Shown here piece by piece: positions 56,880-64,000 of a DNA stretch of 64,000 nucleotides (the first letter of the stretch is position 1; each line of letters opens with the position of its first letter). A program made the translations under genes and the position numbers. The DNA lies in contig JAYQSM010000012.1 in NCBI GenBank assembly GCA_038146885.1, positions 75,318-139,317 of the forward strand. The letters run 5' to 3'. The notes beneath the pieces are model-generated. The model was not told where the DNA came from. It made no database searches and was given only the letters and a program-made list of their open reading frames with translations. Source of the DNA: Rhodospirillaceae bacterium (lineage in GTDB: Bacteria > Pseudomonadota > Alphaproteobacteria > MPNO01 > UBA2964).

Positions 56880-58192
56880 TATAAAATGATCCTATTTAAG
56901 GCAACTTGTTCGGTTAGCTCTTCACTAATCCCCGTGGAACGCTGTTTCAATTCGATCAGACCATTTTTCAAACCCCGAGGGCCCACAACTATTTGCCAGG
57001 GAACCCCAATTAAATCCATATCGGCAAATTTTATGCCGGCGCGTTCAGATCGATCATCAAAGAGGACTTCAACCCCTTCCGCTCTAAGTTTATCATAAAT
57101 ATTGTTGCAGGCCTGATCGCATTTCGTATCCCCCGTTTTCAAATTAATCATGCCAACCTTAAAGGGGGCAACTTCCTCCGGCCAGATTATACCATTCTCA
57201 TCATGCGAGGCCTCGATAATCGCCCCGACAAGGCGCGAAACCCCTATTCCATACGAGCCCATCTCAAGCATCACATGGCCGCCGTCAGATCCAGTAACAC
57301 TGGCGTTCATTGCCTCTGAATATTTCGTTCCAAAATAAAAAATATGGCCAACTTCGATACCCCGGGCAGAAACCAGTTCATCTCCTAACTCAGCTGCCTT
57401 TGAGGGGTCATGCATTTCGTCAGTCGCCGCGTATAAGGAGGTCCATTTTTGAAACTGCTCATCCAGGTCCTGCGCTTTATTTGCAGCATCAGATAAAGCA
57501 TCAAATTCTAAGAATCTTTTATCGCAATAGACCTCGCTCTCACCGGTGTTCGCCAAGATAATAAATTCATGGCTTAGATCACCTCCAATCGGTCCTGTAT
57601 CAGCCTTCATTGGAATAGCTTTCAATCCCATCCGCGCAAAGGTTCGGAGGTAACACATAAACATCTTATTGTAGGAGCGTCTCGCAGCCTCATAATCCAA
57701 ATCAAATGAGTAGGCATCTTTCATAAGAAACTCGCGCCCACGCATCACCCCGAAACGAGGCCTGACCTCGTCTCTAAATTTCCACTGAATGTGATACAAA
57801 ATTTTCGGAAGATCACGGTAAGAACGGACAGTATCACGAAATATCTCTGTAATTTGTTCTTCATTTGTCGGCCCGTAAAGCAGCTCCCTATCGTGCCTGT
57901 CGACAAATCGTAGCATTTCTGAGCCATAACCGTCGTAGCGTCCACTCTCGCGCCAGAGATCAGCAGATTGAATAGTAGGCATCAACATCTCCTGACACCC
58001 TACCCGGTCCTGCTCTTCCCTCACAATCTGTTCAACACGCCTCAAAACACGCTGCCCCAGAGGTAACCAAGAGTATATCCCGGCACTCGCCTGGCGGATC
58101 ATCCCAGATCGCAGCATCAATCTGTGCGAAACTATCTGGGCTTCAGTTGGATTCTCTTTGAGGGTGGGTAGAAAATAATTTGTACGACGCAT
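56879..58192 (-). CDS. proS: proline--tRNA ligase (short, eukaryote/archaeal-like form typical of alphaproteobacteria)
   Basis: 437 aa class II aaRS lacking the bacterial INS editing domain. Class II motifs and a C-terminal anticodon-binding domain. Confidence 0.9.
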   Translation of the reverse strand: MRRTNYFLPTLKENPTEAQIVSHRLMLRSGMIRQASAGIYSWLPLGQRVLRRVEQIVREEQDRVGCQEMLMPTIQSADLWRESGRYDGYGSEMLRFVDRHDRELLYGPTNEEQITEIFRDTVRSYRDLPKILYHIQWKFRDEVRPRFGVMRGREFLMKDAYSFDLDYEAARRSYNKMFMCYLRTFARMGLKAIPMKADTGPIGGDLSHEFIILANTGESEVYCDKRFLEFDALSDAANKAQDLDEQFQKWTSLYAATDEMHDPSKAAELGDELVSARGIEVGHIFYFGTKYSEAMNASVTGSDGGHVMLEMGSYGIGVSRLVGAIIEASHDENGIIWPEEVAPFKVGMINLKTGDTKCDQACNNIYDKLRAEGVEVLFDDRSERAGIKFADMDLIGVPWQIVVGPRGLKNGLIELKQRSTGISEELTEQVALNRIIL

Positions 58193-58378
58193 GCCAAACT
58201 TTCCGATATTCGCCGGGACTGTAGGGAAGCACGAGCATCAATGCAATGCAGAATTAACGTGTTTAAAGTCCAGTTCTCATTGAAACAAAAAACCTGAACT
58301 TGATTCGAGAATACTGTGCAAGACTTTACGGCTAAAATGTAACATTTAAAAATTAGAATCAAAGAAACGGAGAACTCC

Positions 58379-59680
58379 ATGCTGGAAAATTTCTTCCGAC
58401 TGAGGGAACACGACACAACAGTCAAAACTGAATTATTTGCGGGCCTAACAACATTTCTAACAATGGCCTACATAATCTTCGTAAACCCAGAAATTATTGC
58501 GGCTGCGGGAATGGATAAAAACGCGGTATTTGTGGCCACGTGTCTCGCTGCGGCAATTGGAACCCTAATCATGGGTCTTTACGCTAATTATCCAATAGCG
58601 ATGGCCCCGGGAATGGGATTGAATGCATTTTTTACCTTTGCAGTGGTAAAGGGAATGGGTGTCAGTTGGCAAATCGCGCTGGCAGCTGTCTTCATTTCCG
58701 GAATTCTGTTTTTAATCTTAAGTATCCTTCCGATTAGGGCTTGGATTATTAATAGCATTCCTCGATCACAAAAACTTGCCATTGCGGCTGGTATCGGACT
58801 GTTTCTTGGTTTTATTGGCTTAAAGAGCGCCGGAATTGTTGCAGATCATCCAGCCACATTGGTAACAGTTGGTAAACTCACAAGCATACCTGTTATTCTA
58901 TCTATCATTGGTTTCATTGTTATGGTTGCGCTAGATTATAAGCGGGTTCCAGGCGCCATTATTATTGGGATCCTTAGCGTGGCGATACTCGGAATGCTTC
59001 TCGGCGTTGCAAAACCGCCCGCGACAATAGTCTCTATGCCGCCGGATCCTAGCCCAACTCTTCTTCAGCTTGATATTTCTGGTTTTTTTCAACTCGCAGG
59101 GGCAACTATCGCGATTCTGCTCTTTAGTTTTTTGCTTGTAGATCTTTTTGATACTGCAGGAACACTCATAGCTGTGGCGCATCAGGCTAAGATGCTCGAT
59201 GACAAAGGCAATCTGCCACGTCTTGGCCCCGCACTCGTCGCAGACAGTTCTGCAACTGTTTTCGGTTCTTTGCTGGGAACTTCTACGACTACCAGCTATA
59301 TAGAGAGTGCCTCAGGTGTTAGAGCGGGAGGCCGGACTGGGCTTACCGCAGTGGCCGTCGCAATCCTCTTCCTGCTAGCCCTGTTTTTCGCGCCTTTGGC
59401 CACCTCGATCCCAGCCTTCTCCACAGCTCCGGCAATAATCTTTGTTGCGTGTCTAATGGCTCGTGGGTTAGCAGAAATCGATTGGGATGACGTTACCGAA
59501 TATGTTCCTGCCGTAATAACAACGCTAACGATGCCTCTTACATTCTCAATCGCAACTGGGATCGGGCTCGGATTTATTGCCTATGTTGCAATAAAGGCGA
59601 CATGCGGGCGGCTAGGCGACATATCGGCTGCCATGTGGCTCGTAGCAGGTTGTTTTCTAATTTATTTTCTTACAGCCTGA
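58379..59680 (+). CDS. NCS2 family purine permease (adenine/guanine/hypoxanthine, AzgA/PbuG/GhxP-like)
   Basis: 433 aa, 12-14 TM. Close match to the AdeP/GhxP N-terminus (FRLREHDTTVKTELFAGLTTFLTMAYIIFVNPEI…APGMGLNAFF). Confidence 0.8.
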   Translation: MLENFFRLREHDTTVKTELFAGLTTFLTMAYIIFVNPEIIAAAGMDKNAVFVATCLAAAIGTLIMGLYANYPIAMAPGMGLNAFFTFAVVKGMGVSWQIALAAVFISGILFLILSILPIRAWIINSIPRSQKLAIAAGIGLFLGFIGLKSAGIVADHPATLVTVGKLTSIPVILSIIGFIVMVALDYKRVPGAIIIGILSVAILGMLLGVAKPPATIVSMPPDPSPTLLQLDISGFFQLAGATIAILLFSFLLVDLFDTAGTLIAVAHQAKMLDDKGNLPRLGPALVADSSATVFGSLLGTSTTTSYIESASGVRAGGRTGLTAVAVAILFLLALFFAPLATSIPAFSTAPAIIFVACLMARGLAEIDWDDVTEYVPAVITTLTMPLTFSIATGIGLGFIAYVAIKATCGRLGDISAAMWLVAGCFLIYFLTA

Positions 59681-59697
59681 TAATTTGTGCAGCTCGG

Positions 59698-59725
59698 CTC
59701 AAGCCCCCAACCAAGGGGGCTTGAG
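59698..59725. terminator. perfect 11-bp GC-rich hairpin (CTCAAGCCCCC-AACCAA-GGGGGCTTGAG) between the convergent permease and tag genes; candidate bidirectional terminator
   Basis: Read directly from the sequence: positions 59698-59708 pair with 59715-59725 across a 6-nt loop. It overlaps the last codons of tag (KPPWLGA). Neither side has a clean U-tract, so the intrinsic-terminator call is tentative. Confidence 0.45.
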
Positions 59726-60244
59726 TGCTACAATCCGCCGAAAAACTGGGCAATCCTCTTTATGGGCCCCCTGTAAATATCCAGTGCTCATAAGGAACTC
59801 TCTTGTGATTTCCTTGCCAGTAAATTTGAATGTTTTCTTAAATAAAATGGTCCATTCCTCCAAAGGTAACGGATGCTGGGCACTGAGCCACCCCGAAAAG
59901 GAACCAAAAGCCTGAGCCAAATTAGAAATAACCCTTGCATTATGGATTATGGACTCAATCTTCAGTCTGTTTCGAATGATACCAGGGTTAGCCAACAAAC
60001 TATCAAGTTCTTTGGTGCCAAACTCCGCCACTATTTTTGGATTAAAACCCCGAAATGACTCCCAAATAGCGGCTCTTTTCCGCAAAACTATCTCCCACGA
60101 TAAACCTGCTTGATTAATTTCCAATGCCAATCTTTCAAAAAGACTATGATCATGCGCGACTGGAAATCCATATTCCTGCTCATGATAGACAGCGTGCACC
60201 TCATGTTGGGGAGCGGTATCACAGTAATGTGGCACAAACGTCAA
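59699..60244 (-). CDS. tag: DNA-3-methyladenine glycosylase I
   Basis: 181 aa. Tag family with Zn-binding Cys/His at the N-terminus (HYCDT…H…H) and the HhH-GPD-like core (EINQAGLSWEIVLRKR). Confidence 0.85.
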   Translation of the reverse strand: MTFVPHYCDTAPQHEVHAVYHEQEYGFPVAHDHSLFERLALEINQAGLSWEIVLRKRAAIWESFRGFNPKIVAEFGTKELDSLLANPGIIRNRLKIESIIHNARVISNLAQAFGSFSGWLSAQHPLPLEEWTILFKKTFKFTGKEITREFLMSTGYLQGAHKEDCPVFRRIVALKPPWLGA

Positions 60245-60489
60245 ACCGGTCTAAGAGAGATAAAGTCTGAGTTTATTACCCATAATAAAATAAACCATAT
60301 CAGGCCGGCAATAACAGTCGATGCTAGAGTTTTTATCCAGAGACGCGGTGCCACAGGTGCCCCTGGTTCATGGCCTGTTTCAGCATTTTTACCCAACTCA
60401 TGCGGCGGCCTGACACCGATTGGAAGCATCATAAAAAATACTAACCACCAAACAATGACATAAACTACAATGCCAGAGGTTAAGGTCAT
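60241..60489 (-). CDS. small inner-membrane protein, DUF1467 family
   Basis: 82 aa. Two TM helices flank a conserved PIGVRPPHELG loop. This family is conserved in alphaproteobacteria downstream of RNase J. 4-bp overlap with tag. Confidence 0.55.
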   Translation of the reverse strand: MTLTSGIVVYVIVWWLVFFMMLPIGVRPPHELGKNAETGHEPGAPVAPRLWIKTLASTVIAGLIWFILLWVINSDFISLRPV

Positions 60490-60498
60490 CTGACCTCC

Positions 60499-62160
60499 TT
60501 ACAATCTAAACACATGAATGTTTATTGTCGGTCTTGTATACCGCTTGTCTTTTAGAACCACCCGTATCGCCTTGGAAGCTGCTTCTTTTATAATAACATC
60601 ACTGTTTTTAGCGCTGCGACGAAGTGACCCAAGCGAGTGACGTATCTCATCTAGCATCTCATCGACTAAATCATTAGTTTCATCTTCAGCGTCTTCACCA
60701 ACCCCCAATAGAGATATCTCTGGCTCTTTAATCAAACCATTCTGGCCGTTCAAAACAAGACTTACTGCTACCATGCCCCCCGTGGATAGTCGGCGACGAG
60801 TTTTTAGCACTGGACTATCAACGGGAAGTAAAGAAGCTCCATCAACTGCATATCGCCCCACAGGAACCTCATCAATAATTTGGGGTAACCCTGGCGATAG
60901 TCGCAAAACTGAACCATTCTGAACCAAAATCGAGTTTGGGATTCCGCTGGACAATGCAAATTTAACGTGTTCGCTCAGATGTCGGGTCTCTCCATGAATT
61001 GGTATTAGCAGGGGCGGCTTGACCCAATCATACAACTGCGAAACCTCATCTCGGGCAGGATGCCCTGAAACATGCACAAAAGCATCTCGTTCAGTAATAA
61101 CATTCACCCCTTGCCGAGACAGCTGATTCTGAATACGGCCGATAGCCCTCTCATTTCCAGGTATTTCTTTTGATGAAAAAATAACGGTATCCCCTTTTTC
61201 AACAACAATGTCTCTGTGCGAGTCTGCTGCGATCCGAGAGAGGGCTGCCCGACTTTCTCCTTGACTACCGGTTGCAATTAACAAAACCCGATCCCGCGGT
61301 AAGTAGCCTATTTCCTCTGGAGGCAAAAAGTCACGGACCCCATCCAAATAACCGCATCTCCGAGCATTTTCGACCATATTCCAAAGCGAACGACCAACAA
61401 GGCCAACAGTTCGGCCGGCACGCTCCGCTGCTTCAACGCAGGTAAGTAATCTTGTGATATTAGAGGCAAAACAGGCAATCAGGACCCTTTTAGAACAAGA
61501 ACCAACAATCTCGATCAAACTTTTTCTTAAGGGCCCCTCAGACCCTGACCAACCAGAAACCTGAATGTTCGTTGAGTCGCACATCATTGCAATTACTCCC
61601 TCTCTTCCCAGAGCCTGAAGCGCCCTCTCATCCGTGACAGGACCAACTAAAGGCTGGGAGTCAAGTTTCCAGTCGGTGATATGCAGAACTGTACCTCGAG
61701 GAGTTTTCAGAGAAACGGCCTGAGTTTCTGGTATGGAGTGTGCCACGGAAATAAATTCAAAACTAAAAGGGCCTATTTTTTCTGAGCCGGCGGGTTCAAT
61801 CTCAATAACTGGGACCCGACCCAAAAGGCCAGACTCTGATAATTTTCGTCTTAAATGGCCAGAAGCCAAGGGCGTAACATATACCGGGCATTTTAAAAAT
61901 CTCCAGAGATGAGAAATCCCTCCTATGTGATCTTCATGGGCATGTGTAACAACTATCCCATGTAGCTTTTTAACTTTCTCCTTAACAAAAGACACATCAG
62001 GTACAAAAACATCGAGACCTGGATAACGATCATCTGAAAATGTTACACCGCAATCAATCATCAACCAGTCATCGCCATATCCGTATAGAGACAGGTTCAT
62101 ACCAATCTCTCCGGCACCTCCCAGCGGGACAAAAAGCAACTCTGGCTCAGCCATCAACAT
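60499..62160 (-). CDS. rnj: ribonuclease J
   Basis: 553 aa. Metallo-beta-lactamase domain (VVTHAHEDHIGG), beta-CASP and RNase J C-terminal domains. Confidence 0.85.
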   Translation of the reverse strand: MLMAEPELLFVPLGGAGEIGMNLSLYGYGDDWLMIDCGVTFSDDRYPGLDVFVPDVSFVKEKVKKLHGIVVTHAHEDHIGGISHLWRFLKCPVYVTPLASGHLRRKLSESGLLGRVPVIEIEPAGSEKIGPFSFEFISVAHSIPETQAVSLKTPRGTVLHITDWKLDSQPLVGPVTDERALQALGREGVIAMMCDSTNIQVSGWSGSEGPLRKSLIEIVGSCSKRVLIACFASNITRLLTCVEAAERAGRTVGLVGRSLWNMVENARRCGYLDGVRDFLPPEEIGYLPRDRVLLIATGSQGESRAALSRIAADSHRDIVVEKGDTVIFSSKEIPGNERAIGRIQNQLSRQGVNVITERDAFVHVSGHPARDEVSQLYDWVKPPLLIPIHGETRHLSEHVKFALSSGIPNSILVQNGSVLRLSPGLPQIIDEVPVGRYAVDGASLLPVDSPVLKTRRRLSTGGMVAVSLVLNGQNGLIKEPEISLLGVGEDAEDETNDLVDEMLDEIRHSLGSLRRSAKNSDVIIKEAASKAIRVVLKDKRYTRPTINIHVFRL

Positions 62161-62930
62161 GGACCTCTATTAAGAATAGAAATGTAATTAAGGCCACGTA
62201 TTGTCATATCCAGGTCAATTTCATTGATAATTGCTGTCGCCTCCGCAAACAAAGGGGCTAACCCTCCAGTCGCCAGGACTTTAGTAGTATCGCCAAACTC
62301 ATTGTGAATCCTCTTAATCAATCCCTCCAGAAGACCAACATAACCCCAATAAATACCTGACTGCATTGCAGATACTGTATTACGACCAACAACGACTGAG
62401 GGCTTTTTAACTGTAATCCGAGGCAATCTGGCAGCCGCAAGATCTAGTGCCTCCAAAGAAAGATTAATTCCCGGTGCGATAACCCCTCCTCTGTACGCTC
62501 CTTGATGGTCTATCAAATCAAAGGTTGTGGCGGTTCCGAAATCGACAACCACAAAGGCCTCTTTATGCTTTTGATACCCTGCTACTGCATTCACAAGACG
62601 GTCCGCTCCTACCTGAGCCGGATCATCGACCAAGACATCGATATCCAATTTGACATCTGGATCACCAACCACCAGAGGTTCAGCATTAAAATATCTACGA
62701 CATAGCTCTAACAAAGAAAAAAGTCCTTCGGGCACAACTGTGGCAATAATTGCCTGAGTAATAGACTGCAATTCTATTTTCTGAACCTGAAGCAGCTGTG
62801 TTAACCAAACGCCATACTCGTCTGCAGTCCTTTTGGGGTCTGTCGCACCGCGCCATTCTCCAATGCATTTATTATTTTCGAAAACAGCAAAGACAGTGTT
62901 GGTATTCCCAGAATCAATCGCAAGTAACAT
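62154..62930 (-). CDS. coaX: type III pantothenate kinase
   Basis: The conserved N-terminus MLLAIDSGNTNTVFAVF starts at the internal Met (62930); the ORF is open to 63008. Bvg accessory factor / PanK-III fold. Confidence 0.85.
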   Translation of the reverse strand: MLLAIDSGNTNTVFAVFENNKCIGEWRGATDPKRTADEYGVWLTQLLQVQKIELQSITQAIIATVVPEGLFSLLELCRRYFNAEPLVVGDPDVKLDIDVLVDDPAQVGADRLVNAVAGYQKHKEAFVVVDFGTATTFDLIDHQGAYRGGVIAPGINLSLEALDLAAARLPRITVKKPSVVVGRNTVSAMQSGIYWGYVGLLEGLIKRIHNEFGDTTKVLATGGLAPLFAEATAIINEIDLDMTIRGLNYISILNRGPC

Positions 62931-63699
62931 TTGTAGATCCAAAAAAGACTTCCCCTGAGGTAATATACCTAATTTTCCCTTTTGCCTCGCGCAAGAGCAG
63001 CCTTCCATCGTCTAAAATATCGTCAAAGCGCCCCAACAAAACATCATCATTGGCCAGACGAATTGAAATTGTTTCTCCTAACCCCATTGCGGATTTTTTC
63101 CATTGCTTAACAATCGTAGGCAAGCCATCATTTTCCCAACGCGTCAACCATTCTTTCAGCTCCAGACCGATAATGTTGACCATTTCCATCGCGGTAACAG
63201 CAACCCCATAACTCTCGATACAGGTTGCATTAATTCCCCCAACCTTAGGAGCCGATTTTAAATTGATTCCAATCCCGATGACAGCTTTATGGCGGGCACC
63301 CAAACTCTCAACCAATATGCCGCCAGTTTTTTTGCCTTCGATCAGCAAGTCATTGGGCCATTTGATTTGCATATTTTTCGAGAGTGGAAGAATTGTATTG
63401 ACGGCTTCTCCTGCAGCCACAGCTGCAACAAATGCCAAGTCACTCGGACAACGATCATTTGGAATCGTCACTGTCGCACTCATTAAGAGGTTGCCTTGCC
63501 CAGAAACCCAACTTTTGCCATTGCGGCCTTTTCCATTGGTTTGGGATTTGGCAAGTATTATCCCGCCCGTCTCTTCGCCGTTTTCCAACCGCCTGAGCGC
63601 TTCATTGTTGGTGCTGTCAAGCTCATCAAAGACTGAGAGCTGCCACCCCCCACTTACTCTATCCAGCAAAAAGTACTTTCGCTGCGGCTGAGGCTGCAT
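62914..63699 (-). CDS. birA: biotin--[acetyl-CoA-carboxylase] ligase
   Basis: 261 aa. BPL catalytic domain with the GRGRxGRxW-type motif (NGKGRNGKSW). No N-terminal HTH, so this is a group I BirA. Confidence 0.8.
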   Translation of the reverse strand: MQPQPQRKYFLLDRVSGGWQLSVFDELDSTNNEALRRLENGEETGGIILAKSQTNGKGRNGKSWVSGQGNLLMSATVTIPNDRCPSDLAFVAAVAAGEAVNTILPLSKNMQIKWPNDLLIEGKKTGGILVESLGARHKAVIGIGINLKSAPKVGGINATCIESYGVAVTAMEMVNIIGLELKEWLTRWENDGLPTIVKQWKKSAMGLGETISIRLANDDVLLGRFDDILDDGRLLLREAKGKIRYITSGEVFFGSTNVTCD

Positions 63700-64000
63700 C
63701 GACCAATGAGGTGGGAATTAAAGAGAATAGAAGGACGAAGGCCGTTGACACAGTTAAAATTACTCTCAACTCAGGTTCCAAAGGATGATCCATTTTTTCC
63801 TGGCGCTCATCAAAATACATAATCTTAACAATCCGCAAATAATAAAATGCACCAACAGCACTAGAGAGAACCCCGAAAATAGCCAAAGCTATCAGTCCTG
63901 AGTCAACCGCCGCCACAAATATATAGAGCTTGCCAAAAAAGCCTGCCATCGGCGGTATTCCCGCCATAGAAAACATCAAAATTCCGAGAGCGAGCGCAAT
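63659..64000 (-). CDS. nuoN: NADH-quinone oxidoreductase subunit N, C-terminal part (the gene continues past the window end)
   Basis: C-terminal TM helices of NuoN/ND2 (MAGIPPMAGFFGKLYIF…YYLRIVKIMYF). The reading frame is still open at position 64000. Confidence 0.8.
   Translation of the reverse strand: MALALGILMFSMAGIPPMAGFFGKLYIFVAAVDSGLIALAIFGVLSSAVGAFYYLRIVKIMYFDERQEKMDHPLEPELRVILTVSTAFVLLFSLIPTSLVDAASAAAKVLFAG

Noticed and set aside
58193-58378. Possible purine riboswitch upstream of the NCS2 purine permease
   Set aside because: I read the 186-bp leader and found none of the conserved purine-riboswitch junction motifs (UAUA…GGGA…CCGUAAAU-like). Purine riboswitches are also uncommon in alphaproteobacteria.

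Overview
This window is a gene-dense (about 92% coding) stretch of conserved alphaproteobacterial core genome. It is probably from a moderate-GC, Rhodospirillales- or SAR116-like lineage, though that taxon guess is low confidence. The genes, in order, are:

- ntrX-ntrY-ntrC-ntrB-dusB (the nitrogen-regulation supra-operon) with trkA, a D-amino-acid aminotransferase and a HAD hydrolase downstream
- ispDF-pgpA-cinA
- the lipA-lpdA-pdhC-pdhB-pdhA-ftsB-eno-kdsA-pyrG-secG-tpiA block
- ppiD-trpE-trpG-trpD-trpC-moaC-moeA-lexA-gltX-gltA
- the outer-membrane/lipid A cluster lpxB-lpxI-lpxA-fabZ-skp-bamA-rseP-dxr-cdsA-uppS-frr-pyrH-tsf-rpsB
- dnaE, lolDE, proS, a purine (NCS2) permease, and the nuoN-birA-coaX-rnj-DUF1467-tag operon tail

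I see no mobile elements, CRISPR arrays, rRNA or tRNA genes, and no obvious horizontally acquired island or novel multi-gene system.

The points worth a second look are:
- two apparent single-nucleotide frameshifts: one splits the essential bamA gene, the other splits the SRPBCC/RatA-like gene next to lipA
- lpxD is missing from its normally invariant slot between skp and fabZ
- a near-consensus alpha-type LexA box lies upstream of lexA
- a perfect 11-bp GC hairpin sits between the convergent purine permease and tag genes
- an unusual 258-bp spacer lies inside the trp operon
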